Shown one piece after another: positions 42,079 to 55,515 of a stretch of DNA of 64,000 bases. The stretch covers positions 13,516,001 to 13,580,000 of the forward strand of contig OX597816.1 in assembly GCA_951406725.2 (NCBI GenBank), read 5' to 3'. Numbering within the stretch: position 1 is the stretch's first letter; each line of letters opens with the position of its first letter. A program made the translations under genes and the position numbers. A model generated the notes under the pieces. It made no database searches and had not been told where the DNA came from. It saw only the letters and a list, made by a program, of their open reading frames with translations. Origin of the DNA: Octopus vulgaris (lineage: Eukaryota).

Positions 42079-42667
42079 AAACATTATCACTAGGAGATAC
42101 AAGGCAAAGACTGTGTGCTAGTAAAATCGTTTCCGCGCCGGACAAATTGCTTGGCATTATTTCGTCCGTTTTTACGTTCTGGTTTCTTATTCCGCCGAGG
42201 TCGACTTTGCCCTTCATCCTTTCGATGTTGATAAATTCTTTTCTACTCTAGGTAAAAGGGCCGAAATTTTGGGGGGAGGGAGTCAGTCGATTATGCAACT
42301 GGTACTTAATTTACAGATCTCCGAAAGGATGAAAGGTAAAGGAATTTGAACTCAGAACATGAAAACAGACGAAATACCTATTTCTTTACTACCCACAAGG
42401 GGCTAAACACAGAGAGGACAAACAAGGACAGACAAACGAATTAAGTCGATTATTGTGCACATAGGGTCAATGTAATCGATTTCCCTCTTCCCCTGAAACT
42501 GCTGGCCTTGTGCTAAAATTGAAACCATTATTTTCTAGTAGATGCATAGCATGGGCTGTGCGATGGCAGAATCGTTAATGCGTCGAACAAAAATTGTTAG
42601 CATCATTCCTTCCGCCTCTGCGCTTTCTATGTTCAAATCCTGTCGATATCAACTTTGCCTTTGATTC

Positions 42668-42804
42668 TATTAGCTTAGGTAGGAGTTGTCCGTCCTGGGC
42701 AGCACTTTTGGGTCTGCAGTTGGCAATAGGTGTTTTTTTGTGGGGTCCGGCGGCGGCAAACGGAGGGGCCGTCCCGGGTGGCCCACACTCTAGCTACGCT
42801 ACTA
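42668..42804. mobile_element. hAT MITE nested in a SINE A copy (unit 1)
   Basis: TIR-like tagcttaggtag / ctagctacgctacta; degenerate 8-bp TSD. Confidence 0.7.
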
Positions 42805-44577
42805 TTTCATCCCCTTTGAAGCTGACAAAATAAAGTAGCGATCATGAATAGATTTAATCGGTTTGCTTCTTCCCTCTTCCCTCAGAATTGCTAGCCTTGA
42901 TCCCTGCAACACACCAGCGTCCCGTTCAGGGATATGCTGTGATCTCGGTCCCTTATACGCCATGGAAACCGCTTAACTGCCTTTATGAGTCTTCGGGTTC
43001 CAGAAAAACAAAATGTGGGATGTGTGGTGTGATGTTAGTTTCGTTGATAATGAAGCAAAATAACCCATGACATAATGTGCTTTCAGTTTCTGCAATCAGA
43101 GCCTGCCACGATTATCTTCGGCTGTCATCTTTCATAAATCGTTAACTAAATATCAGTGAAATTATTAATTGATATAATATAATCTCGTTTATATTCCGCC
43201 CATAGAGATTGTGATCATGTAGCTATGTTACAAATCGTTATTATTACTGTTGCTAAACAAGGCGGAGAGCAGGCAGAACTGTTATCACACCGGACAAAAT
43301 GCTTAGCTGCATTTTTCCCGACTTTACATGCTGAAATGAAATGCTGCCAGGATCCACTTTGCCTTTCATCCTTTCAGAGTCGACAAATTAAGTACCAGTT
43401 GAGCCCTGGAGTCGATGTAGGCTAAAAGAAGGAAAAATAGTTTTTGTTACTAATGATGGCGTGTTTTGGCAGAAACTTTAATTTCGAAAAAATTATGTTC
43501 TGTTCTCTTTGTTACATTTCTTAACGTTCTGGGATCAGTTTCCACTGGAGTCATCTTTGTTTCATCTGTTCAGGATTGATGAAATAAAATACCGATCAAA
43601 TACTAGGAGACCATGTGAACAAGTAACCACTCCCTTTCTAAAACATCTCGCCTTATACCAAAATTTCTCCTCTGCTCTGGGCACAAGGCCCGAAGTTTTG
43701 GAGGAGGGGGCCAGCCGATTAGATCGACCCCAGTAAGCAACTAGCACTTAATTTATCAACCCTGAAAGGATGAGAGGCAAAATAGACTTTGGAGGAATTT
43801 GAACTCAGAAGGTAAAGACAGAAAAAATACTGCTAAGCATTTCACCCGACGTGCTAACGTTTCTACCAGCTCACCGCCTTAGCCTTATACCAAAATTTGA
43901 AACAATTAAGGCAGAATGGTTAGAGCCTCGAAAACAAATATTTTGCCGAATTTCTTATGACTCTTTACGTTTTAAGTTCAAATTCTGCCGAGGTCAGCTT
44001 TGCTCGTCCTCCTTTCTGGAGTCGATAAAATGAGAACCAGTTGACTACTGGGATCAATGTTATCGACTATCCTCCTCCCCAAAAGTTTCAAGCCTTGTGC
44101 CTATAGTAGAAAGAATTATTATTCTTTTCTACTCTAGGCACAAGGCCCAAATTTTGGGGGGAGGGTGCCAGTCAATTAGGTCGACCCCAGTACGTAGCTG
44201 GTACTTAACTTGTTGATCCCGAATGGATGAAAGGCAAAAGCGACCTCAGCAGAATTTGAACTCAGAACATGAAAACAGACGAAATACCTATTTCTTTACT
44301 ACCCACAAGGGGCTAAACACAGAGAGGACAAACAAGGACAGACAAACGGATTAAGCCGATTATTGTGCACATAGGGTCAATGTAATCGTTTTCCCTCTTC
44401 CCCTGAAACTGCTGGCCTTGTGCTAAAATTGAAACCATTATTTTCTAGTGGATGCATAGCATGGGCGGTGCGATGGCAGAATCGTTAATGCGTCGGACAA
44501 AAATTGTTAGCAGCATTCCTTCCGCCTCTGTACTTTCTATGTTCAAATCCCGTCAATATCAACTTTGCCTTTGATCC

Positions 44578-44713
44578 TATTAGCGCAGGTAGTGGTGGTC
44601 CGGCCCGGGCGGCACTTTTGGGTCTGCTGTAGACAATATGTGATTTTTGTGGGGTCCGGGGGCGGCAAACGGAAGGGCTGCCCCGAGTGGCCCACACTCT
44701 AGCTACGCTAGTG
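44578..44713. mobile_element. hAT MITE nested in a SINE A copy (unit 2)
   Basis: TIR-like tattagcgcaggtag / ctagctacgctagtg; 8-bp TSD tttgatcc at 44570-44577 and 44714-44721. Confidence 0.8.
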
Positions 44714-46819
44714 TTTGATCCCCTTTGAAGCTGACAAAATAAAGTAGCGATCATGAATAGATTTAATCGGTTTGCCGCTTCCCTCTTCCCTCAGAATTTC
44801 TAGCCTTGATCCCTGCAACGCACCAGCGTCCCGTTCAGGGATATGCTGTGATCTCGGTCGTTTATACGCCAGGGAAACCGCTTAGCTGCCTTTATGAGTC
44901 TTCGGCTTCCAGCAAAACAAAATGTGGGATGCGTGGTGTGATCTTAGTTTCGTTGATAATGAAGCAAAATAACCCATGACATAATGTGCTTTCAGTTTCT
45001 ACGATCAGATCCTGCCACGATTATCTTCGGCTGTCATCTTTCATAAATCGTTAACTAAATATCAGTGAAATTATTAATTGATATAATATAATCGTTTATA
45101 TTCCGCCCATAGAGATTGTGATCGTGTAGCTATGTTACAAATCGTTATTATTACTGTTGCTAAACAAGGCGGAGAACAGGCAGAACTGTTATTACACCGG
45201 ACAAAATGCTTAGCTACATTTTTCCTGACTTTACATGCTGAAATGAAATGCTGCCTGGATCGACTTTGCCTTTCATCCTTTCAGGATCGATAAATTAAGT
45301 ACCAATTGAGCTCTGGACTCGATGTAGTCGCTTAGCCTTGTGGCTAAAAGCACGAAGGATAGTTTTTGTTACTAATGATGGCAGTGCTTTGGCAGAAACT
45401 TTAATTTCGAAAAAAATATGTTCTGTTCTCTTTGTTACATTTCTTAACGTTCTGGGATCAGTTTCCACTGGAGTCGTCTTTGTCTCATCTGTTCAGGATT
45501 GATGAAATAAAATACCGATCAAATACTAGGAGACCGTGTGATCGAGTAACCACCTCCTTCTAAAACATCTCGCCTTACACCAAAATTTCTCTTCTGCTCT
45601 AGGCACAAGGCCCGAAATTTTGGGGGAGGGGGCCAGTCGATTAGATCGACGCTAGTACGCAACTGGTACTTAATTTATCGACTCCGAAAGGATGAGAAGC
45701 AAATTCGACCTTGGAGGAATTTGAACTCAGAAGGTAAAGACAGGCGAAATACTGCGAAGCATTTCGCCCGGCGTGCTAACTTTTCTGCCAGCTCACCGCC
45801 TTAGCCTTATACCCAAATTTGAAACAATTAAGGCGATGAGTTGGCAGAATGGTTAGAGCCTCGAAAAGAAATATTTTGCTGAATTTTTTATGACTCTTTA
45901 CGTTCTAAGTTCGAACTCTGCCGAGGTCAGTTTTGACTGCCATTCGTTTCGGAGTCGATAAAATGAGTACCAGTTGACAACTTGGGTCGATGTTTTCAAC
46001 TATTCTCTTCCTCCAAAATTCCAAATCTTGTGCCTATAGTAGAAAGAATTATTCTTTTCTACTCTAGGCACAAGGCCCAAATTTTGGCGGGAGGGTGCCA
46101 GTCAATTAGGTCGACCCCAGTACGTAAATGGTACTTAACTTGTTGATCCCGAATGGGTGAAAGCCAAAAGCGACCTCAGCAGAATTTGAACTCAGAACGT
46201 AAGACAGATGAAATACCTATTTCTTTACTACCCACAAGGGGCTAAACACAGAGAGGACAAACAAGGACAGACAAACGGATTAAGTCGATTACATCGACCC
46301 CAGTGTTTAACTAGTACTTAATTTATAGACCCCCGAAAGCCTAAAAGGCAAAGTCGACCTCGGCGGAATGTGAACTCAGAACGTAACGGCAGACGAAATA
46401 CCGCTAAGCATTTCGCCCGGCTTGCTAACGTTTCTGCCAGCTCGCCGCCTTAGAAAGAATTATTATTGCCAGAATCTTAGAGCATCAACGAAAATAGCTT
46501 ACGGTATTTGATCTGGGTCTTCTCGCTCTGAATACAATTAATTCCGAAGTCAAATTTGCCTTTCATAAGGATAAAATGTTTTTTAAAGAGTCAAGTCTTT
46601 AAGTTGATAATATTAACTAATCTCTCCCCACAATTTTCAGGCCTTCTGCCCAAATAAGAAACGATTATTGATAGGGTCAGGAAAGAAATTAGAGTATTTG
46701 AATATTTATTGTGCTGGACGCCCAACGGACCTAAAACACACTTAAACACGAAAAAAATTTTAATCTATACAGTAGTCCCTCGGTTTTCGAACAATCCTGA
46801 TCACGAATAAATCTTGCTT

Positions 46820-46934
<115 letters not shown>

Positions 46935-46970
46935 GAGTATGTGTATATGTATATGTATATATATATATAT

Positions 46971-48645
46971 AAAACTTAGATAAAACTTAGATATGTTTCG
47001 ACCAAAGATTGGTCCAGTCCATGTCTAACTTAATAGCACCACCTGATAGGATTATTCGAATCCTGTTTAAGTCAAGTTTTGTTCAAGTAGTGAGTCCTTG
47101 TTGGGTGAGTTGTATCCAGTTTTGTTCAAGTAGTGAGTTCTTGTTGGGTGAGTTGTATCCAATTATGGGTGGCTTATCTGGTATTCTTTGAAGGAATCTA
47201 TCCAGACTCTGTTTAAAGTTGATGGGATCCTTTTCCTCTTTGATCTCCCTCGGGACAATGTTAAATAGGGCAGGGCCTGCTGAGGAAAAGAAATTGTGTT
47301 GCAGTGTACATGTATGTTGTGATCTTGAATTGGGCAGGGGATGTATAGCCCGTGGTCCAAGTCTTGGATGAACCTTGAAGCTAATGTTTAGGTCGTTTGG
47401 GCAAAGTTGGCGGTATATTTTCCACATCGTACAAATGATGTACCGCTCACGGCGACGCTGGAGGGAGTAAAGTTTCAAGGCTTTAAGGCGATCCCAATAA
47501 TCGAGAGCAGCCATGCCTTCAATTCGTTTAGTGAGTGCCCTCTGGGGTGACTCAATTCTGGAGATGTTTTGTCTTGTGTGAGGAGACCACAGTGGGCAGC
47601 AGTATTCAAGGTGTGGCCGTACAAAGGAGGGAAAAAGTGGTATGATGACACCTTGTTCTCTGGACCGGAAATTTCTTAAGATCCAGGAACTCATCCTACG
47701 AGCTATATCGACCTTCTTGTTGATGTGTGCACTCCAACTGAGATCGTCATCAACAATTACACCCAGGTCTCTGATATTGTTAGAGGCTGTGTGCATTTGT
47801 CTTTGTTCCTCTTCGATTTAAATCTCACACTTCTACGCCATGACAGATGTAGAAGTGATTATCTCCCTTACAATAACTAGCTGCCTGAGCCCGCCACATG
47901 TTTCCTCGGGCAATTATCTTATAAAGAGAGAAAATATTGAAAATCTTTTAGATGTGTTTTGATGAACAAACCTTCATTGTCTGAAGTATTTTGTGTTTGG
48001 GGAACCAAAAGATGTCGGTGCTCATACAAACAGCAGATTCGTGTCGCCGAAGTTGTTTTTATTTAATATACGTTTACATTAGATATTCACGTTGAAGAAC
48101 AAAATGGAGTATGCAGGCGACAACGAGATATTGGAGAGAAATGTTGTCGGCTTGAATCGTGTAGGAAGAGAGTATGGTTGTTTTAGTGAGGAATTTCTTC
48201 CAAAATGCATCAGCTCAAATTTTCTGTCTGCCCATTGACTCACAGCATATAGATCAGACTGGAGTTGAGTTCGGTCTGCTTCTTCATTGACGATTTGCTG
48301 GAGCTTAGTATCATCAGCAAATATTTTCACTTTGCAGTAATGTACGACACTGGAAAGGTCGTTTATATAAATTATGAAGAGTAGCGGACCCAAAACAGTT
48401 CCCTGGGGAACACCGCTGGTGACTTTTGCTGGGTTTGAGTGGACTCCATCAACTACAACATGTTGTGTTCTATTCGCCAGGAAATACTTAATCCAGTGTA
48501 GAGAACTTTTTCACGGATTCCAGCATTTGCCAATTTTGAGAGTAGGATATGGTCTACCCTGTCGAACGCTTTACTGAAGTCAAGATACATGACGTCAGAG
48601 TTCGAACCTGTTCCCAAGGCTTTGAGTACATCTTCAATGTGGTGT
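46971..48645 (-). mobile_element. CR1-group/jockey-like LINE RT pseudogene related to 7112-8650, interrupted at 47788-48162
   Basis: PQGTVLGPLLFIIYINDL, IFADDTKL, RPHLEYCCPLWSPH; (tatctaagttt)2 tail at 46971-46993. Confidence 0.92.
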
Positions 48646-48649
48646 AAGA

Positions 48650-49845
48650 GCTGTTTGACCTCATTTATTGACAGGGTTGGGGAGCTGTCAAATTCCCCTC
48701 CCCGTCCGTTGCACAGAAGGAGTGGCGATGTGAAGTTGTCGCCACCTCAAGATACCATGAAAGGGATATAGGAAAAAGCAATTATTTATGAATTATATTC
48801 AATTGAAGAGAGAAAAATTGAAATAATGTCGACAGACAAAATTGAAAAGGCCCTGAAATCAATCTGGCATGATATTACATATCTTGCGAGAGGAAACCGA
48901 TTCGGTACAGTGGAGGTTCGCCTCAGAGAGGCAGCCAAGGAAAGGCCAAACTTTGGATTTAATAATACAAGGATCGGTGGAGAGCCTGGAAAACATGGCG
49001 GAGACGGTGACAGTCGGGGACATGGTGTTGGAAGTCAGGGTGAAGGGCAGAATCCCTCGATGCTTTAAACGTGTCCTGGAGAGCCACATCAGAGCGGAAT
49101 ATCCTTCACCAACCGAGACGAACCAGGAGAAAACCAGGGAAGAACCAGTAAGAACGGAGAACGACTTACCAACCGACGTGGCGGACGACGAGTCATGGAA
49201 GGTTTCGGAGAACAAAAAGCAAGGAAAAAGGAAGAAGGCGTGTTATACAAATTTGAACACCCAACCCACCTTCTCAGTACCACCCTCTCCTCACAGACAC
49301 TAAACCTACCCTTTACCCTCCGACACGAAAACAAGAAAGAAAACGCTAGCACACAAGAACCCCCAAACTCTCTCCTCTCAGACAAAAAGGAAAAAATGTA
49401 CAGTATTAATGTATGATGATGCTAATGAGGATTTGTGCAGTGAGGTAATAACTTGGGAAGATCCTAAAAAAGTAGAAACAAGGGGATTCGATAACATTAA
49501 GGGTTGGCACGGTTGCATGTTGCTTGCAGAGGAACAAAAAAAGAAAGTGTCAAAATACAAAGGTGGATATTGGATGTGGGAAGTGGAGATGCATAGAAAC
49601 ATGCTGCCATCCTTTGTAACTTATGATGACCTGTTGGAGAATTATGGGATAAATATTTTGGAGGGAACAGGTTTCAAATGGAATTAAAGGTAGAAATGAA
49701 GTTTCTCGGAGTAGCTTCGTTGCATCTTTTTCATTTTCATTATCATTTCATGTTCTCATAGGTTGCTTTGTTCTTTTTTTTTGTGTGTCCCCACATGTAA
49801 TGTGTTGTCCCATCTGTGCTCATCCCTAGTGGGGAATAAAAAAAC
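48650..49845 (+). mobile_element. Tx1/L1-like non-autonomous element with degenerate gag-like ORF1 and poly(A)-like end
   Basis: VRVKGRIPRCFKRVLESHIRAEYP, a decayed CX2CX4HX4C knuckle; ends ggggaataaaaaaa. Confidence 0.6.
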
Positions 49846-50290
49846 AAGGTGTTCGCAAACAGAGGTGCTATTGTATTAAATGAATATGAGAAACACAGGA
49901 GATAAAGTACGATTTATTCGTGATCAGAATTGTTCGAAAACCGAGGTATTACTCTGCTATCATTAAAAAAATAACATCTAAATATTTTAAAGTTACAGTT
50001 CGATCTACTTTTGCTTTTGCATTTTTTTTTTGTCATAAAATAACCGATTACCTAAAAATGAATTAAGAATAAATATCCATTAATTTTTTTCTTTCTTAAT
50101 TCAAAAAATTGAAGAAGTTGTTTTAAGAAAATAATTAACAAAGTTTCGTTCTACTCCTGTGTTTATTTACAAATATCTTCCGATGTAATTTAAGGAGATG
50201 AGTTGTGTGAAGCCGGAACAATGCCAGAAGATATAAAATATACTACAAAAAGAAGAAAACAAAACAAAACTAAGTTGTAGATTTACTTTG

Positions 50291-50330
50291 TATTTCTATA
50301 TTTCGGGGCTACAACCCCTTCTTCAGGACA
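50291..50330 (-). ncRNA. Minimal type I HHR motif, stem I degenerate
   Basis: Minus strand UGUC CUGAAGA A GGGGU-UGUA-GCCCC GAA AUAU A | GAAA. Confidence 0.65.
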
Positions 50331-50466
50331 TGCAAAAAAATCGAAAGAGACAAAAGGTCGTTGCACAGATGTATGAGGGGTGGGGAACGAGGAAGGTGAT
50401 ATTCGCAAACTGGTGTTGCGGTAGTTACCCGTCTGCTTCATGTAGTTCTTTCCTGTTACTTATTAA

Positions 50467-50688
50467 CCCTTTCAATACCAATCAGGCTGAAACCGCTTCT
50501 GGCTCTGTAGTACAAATGTCTTGTTTTCATACGATTTGAATTAAAATCTTCCATCAAACCTTAGTTACAATTTATGTTCCTAACACAAGCTGAATGATAA
50601 CAAAGTTGTTTTACTAAATTCTTTCATCTATTTAAAATTACTTGAAAGAAACACAGAGCATTTCAACAGAAATGTGGTAACAAAAGGG
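50467..50688. mobile_element. piggyBac-type MITE
   Basis: TTAA-ccctt ... aaaggg-TTAA. Confidence 0.88.
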
Positions 50689-50693
50689 TTAAA

Positions 50694-50744
<51 letters not shown>

Positions 50745-50757
50745 AGGTGGGCCTTAA

Positions 50758-50979
50758 CCCTTTTGATCCCAATCCAGCTGAAACCACCTCTGGCTCTGGA
50801 GTACAAATGTCTTGTTTTCATAAGTTTTGAGTTAAAATCTTCCACCAAACTTTAGTCACAATTTATTTTCCTGACACTAGCTTAATGATAATTAAGTTAT
50901 TTTACTAAATTATTCGCTATATTTAAAATTAATTGTAAGAAACACAGAGCATCTCAAAATAAATACAGTAACAAAAGGG
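50758..50979. mobile_element. piggyBac-type MITE, second copy
   Basis: TTAA-ccctttt ... aaaaggg-TTAA; homologous to 50467-50688. Confidence 0.88.
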
Positions 50980-51975
50980 TTAAACAACTTGAAACAGACT
51001 GGTTACCCGAAATACAGAAATTTTAAATTAAAACCACAACTTTGTTTTCTTTTCTTTTCATATCTTCCCTCATTTTTTCAGGTTTATACAACCAATACTT
51101 TCAAAGTAATATCACGCAATTCTTCACCAAAACACTTTCGATCTATTTGAGATCGACTAATATTTTCTATCATTTTAACTTTCGACTAATTTGTTTTCTG
51201 CAAATATGTATTTCGATAAATTTACGTGTTGGCTAATAAACTTTCAACGAATAAGGGAATGATCCAAGTCGAATGTGTTCCTTGAAAGGGAGAGAGTAAG
51301 TGCGTGCGTGTTTATGTGTGTGTGCGTCTGTGTGAGTGTGTCTATGTAGTTTTGAATGTATGAACATATGTCCATAGTTCGAACTCAGAACAATTATTTC
51401 AAGTCTCGACTTGAAATAACGGCAGCCACGGATATTAAAACCACCTGTGGTTTTTGATTCCATTATCATGTTGGTAGATTGATGGAAAATGGAAGTGCGG
51501 GAATCTTGAAATAAGGATTGAATGCGTTTGGTATTCAAGCATACAGGAATTTGGTTTGTGTTTGTATATGTTTGTGTGTGCGTGCTTGTTTGTGTGTGCG
51601 TGTGCATGAGAGAGAGAGAGAGTGCATGTGTTTGTGAGTGTTTATGCGTATGTATGATTGTGAGTGTGTGAAAGAAAGAAAGAAAGAAGGAAAGAAAGAA
51701 AGAAAGAAGGAAAGAAAGAAGGAAAGGAGGGAAGAAAGGAGGAAAGAAAGGAAGGAAGAAAGTTGTTACACTTAAAGCAAGTATTCAGCTGAAAATGATA
51801 ACATATTTAAAAGTATTGGAAGTGTTTTCATTGCGGAGATATAGAATTTCTGGAAGAATCTCGATCTTCTGAGAAATTACCATTGCAATTACCGAATCAC
51901 CAAGACAAATTACAAGACTAGGAAAATATAGAAACACACACACACACACACACACAATATATATATATATATACA

Positions 51976-52106
<131 letters not shown>

Positions 52107-52887
52107 CTATTGTACGCCACCTAGTAAAATTTCTTCAAAGCTATCGGATTATTTACGAGTTCTAGCGATGGGACAATGATTCAAAAACATCCCTCTTTTT
52201 CACGTTTTATCAGTAAATCATTATACTTGACTATTATGATAAATTACAAACATTTTCTCCAAAGACGCCATGTTAGACCAAATTTTGTTTGTGTACAGCA
52301 ACAAAATGTCTCTTACTTTGTTTTCAGCTATAATTTATCTTCCTTTTCTGTGTTTTTGTAGTCACCATAGCGTACTGTTTATTAGATTCTTATAAATATT
52401 ATGATATATTGGCTTAAAATTCTATAATATTGTTACAATTACTTTTATTCAAATGACAATCATTTTGTATAAACATATTTTATTGCTTCTATTTATTGTA
52501 CGTTCATTTTTATCGTATTACCTTTATATCAATGCCTATGATAAGACACTTTACTTAATGTGTTCTATCCTTACTATCATGGGTAAAAAACAAACACTCC
52601 AGCCACACTTTACAAAATACCTAAACATTAGCGTTACACAAAACGTCTCGAGTACAACGAAAATTCCCTCAGCTGCCACCTAATTAGAAGTATATTTCCA
52701 AGTTACTGTCAAATTAGTTTATCAGAGCAGAATATTACTGTTTTGTAAACGTATTATACCTTCTAAATATATCTGCATGTTTATCGTGTTTCCTGTGATA
52801 TTACCCACCGGTAGAAATCGCAACGAAGCAGCATTTATATAGCCACTCGGTTTGGGAGAAATAATAGTTAAATCTTTACCAAATCAT

Positions 52888-53285
52888 AGGTGCATGAGTG
52901 GCTGTGTGGTAAGTAGCTTGCTTACCAACCACATGGTTCCGGGTTCATCCCCACTGCGAGGTACCTTGGACAAGTGTCTTCTACTGTAGCCTCAGGCCGA
53001 CCAAAGCCTTGTGAGTGGATTTAGTAGACGGAAACTGAAAGAATACCGGAAACTGAAAGTATATATGTATATATATATAAATATATATGTATGTGTGTGT
53101 GTATGTTTGTGTGTCTGTATTTGTCCCCCCAACATCGCTTGACAACCGATGCTGGTGTGTTTACGTCTCCGTAACTTAACGGCTCGGCAATAGAAACCGA
53201 TAGAATAAGTACTAGGCTTACAAAGACTAAATGTGGTGCTCCAGCATGGCCGCAGTCAAATGTCTGAAACAAGTAAAAGAGTAAA
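52888..53285 (+). mobile_element. SINE family B
   Basis: Matches the consensus. Confidence 0.9.
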
Positions 53286-53510
53286 ATCATACCTTACAGT
53301 ATGTCTGTTTTCTTTTTGTTGTTTTTTAAAATCAAAACGAAAAAGAAATGTTCAATCATAGGTATACAAAATGACAGGACGGTCATGGTTTGAATGCCAT
53401 TGATCATAGGCCTGATCGAGGAAAGCTGACCTGAGGTTAAATAAATACAATCAAAAGCGACGTTTTTGACAGATTATAATCTATATTGGCCAATAAATAT
53501 TGCGTTTCTG

Positions 53511-53945
53511 AGGCGGTGAGCTGGCAGAAACGTTAGCACGACGGGCGAAATGCTTAGAAGTATTTCGTCTGCCTTAACGTTCTGAGTTCAAATTCCTCCG
53601 AGGTCGACTTTGCCTTTCATCCTTTTGAGATCGATTAAATAAGTACCAGTTACACACTGGGGTTGATGTAATCGACTTAATCCCTTTGTCTGTCCTTGTT
53701 TGTCCCCTCTGTGTTTAGCTCCTTGTGGGTAGTAAAGAAATAGAAATATGTATTTCGTCTGCCGCTACGTTCTGAGTTCAAATTCCACCGAGGTCGACTT
53801 TGCCTTTCATCCTTTCGGGGTTGATTAAATAAGTACCAGTTATGTACTGTAGTCGATGTAATCGATTTAATCCCTTTGTTTGTCCTTGTCTGTCCTTGTT
53901 TGTGTCCTTTCTATGTTTAGCCCCCTGTGGGCAATAAAGAAATAA
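53511..53945 (+). mobile_element. SINE family A dimer
   Basis: Head plus two bodies. Confidence 0.9.
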
Positions 53946-55069
53946 ATATTTATTAAGGCGGTGCACCCACACAATCGTTACCAAGATGGAAACAAATGCT
54001 TAGCGGCATTTCTTCCAACGTCACGTTCTAAGTTCAAATGCTGCCGGGGTCGACTTTAACTTTTATCCTTTCGTGGTCGATAAAATAGGTACCAATTCAA
54101 AACTGGGGTCGATGTAATCGACTTAACTCTCTCATGGAAATTGCTGGGCTTCAGCTAAAATTTGAAAGCAATATTTACCATAAATATTTTCATACATTTA
54201 AGCAACACTCAAACAGCTACATCTATTAATATAGTTATATTCTCCCATAACATTTTCTTTTAGCTCTTTTTTTTTCCCCTTTTCAAGCGCATCATATGTC
54301 CATTGATGCATGAAGCCGTAGGCTGGGTCTATGCCACGTACATGATGGTAAATAATATTTGTTTTGTAAACTGAAAATTTTCGGTGCGGATAGTGTGAAA
54401 TTTACGTGCTTTATCAAGTGGAGATAGGTGAAAGCCGTTGAAGGTTTATGCGTGGCCAAAAGCTTATCCAGTTTGTTGTTTGTGGGAATCTAAGAACGTT
54501 TTAAGTCGTTGATCCAGTTCATTCTTTATTCCTAAATAAAATGTTAACCATTGGTGTGTCACCAAACGGAACGATGAATAAATACACGGAACTCCTATGC
54601 TTCCTGTCGGGAGTCCAAAATTCAGGTAACTCAGGTAAGTGCTACCTTTGTACTGCAATAATATTCTCGTGTAGAAATTCCGTTTCCGTAAAGATTTAAT
54701 GCCGAGGCGAAATGGTGCGGTGAAGGAAATTTCTTTGCAGCATTTAGTTCCGAACGAGTTGTTCCTCTTCTCACTTCACAAACGACTTCCCTTTCGTTTC
54801 TTACGAGATCGATAAAATAAGAATCATCTAAAGTATTGAGGACAATATAATCGACTGAAACCTTAAAAGGTACGCGAGAGATGGTTGTAGTTCGATGACT
54901 GAAATCAATAAAATATTAACAGAAAAGAATACAATAATGTATGTGTATTAGCGCATTGCTGGGCGTTAAGAAGTTCACTTTGCAATCTCGTGATTTCGGG
55001 TTCGATCCTATTGCGCAGCATCTTGAGCAAGTGCCTTCTACTATATCACCGGGCGCCTTGGAATCAGAT

Positions 55070-55510
55070 CCTTGATGAAATATACAAGATATCAAAGAAC
55101 CATGGAGTAAAGATCTTTACTCCAAAATACTGTTGCTGAATATCTCTCATAAGATTTTAAAATAGTAATTTTCTAATCAAAGAACCAGTCTAACAGATTC
55201 CTATCTCATCCGGATCGATGGCCTTAAATATCATATTACACCATTTCACAAACTATATCCTTAACCTAACCCCACACCCTAATGCCCACGACGGCCAATT
55301 TTGTCATTCTCGCATTTTATAGTTAACCTCCACAGACTTTAGCCACGTCCCTGTTGTATTCTTGGGATGTTCTTTTGCCTATAAAATTACTTCCCATCTG
55401 ATGATTATGGCTTTTCATAACGAAGTAATGTTCTTAGTCTTCTATTAAAATGTTACTTAAGAAACAGCTGTAATGAGCTGACAATTATCCATCCTCTGTT
55501 ATTATTCATT
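55070..55510 (+). mobile_element. Old Penelope-like 3' relic with degenerate HHR (55398-55440)
   Basis: YHITPFHKLY-like stretch (~55229-55258), then CUGAUGA UUAUG-gcuuuu-CAUAA C GAAG. Confidence 0.45.
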
Positions 55511-55515
55511 TCGTA

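Larger units (their letters stand above)
42238..46290. repeat. ~1.9-kb tandem duplication (two units plus a partial third)
   Basis: Unit starts near 42238, 44126 and 46054 (ttctactctagg...); unique sequence such as 43000-43260 recurs at 44915-45170. Confidence 0.92.

Noticed and set aside
47075-47160. 43-bp direct repeat at the LINE ORF end
   Set aside because: Simple local slippage duplication in a dead element.
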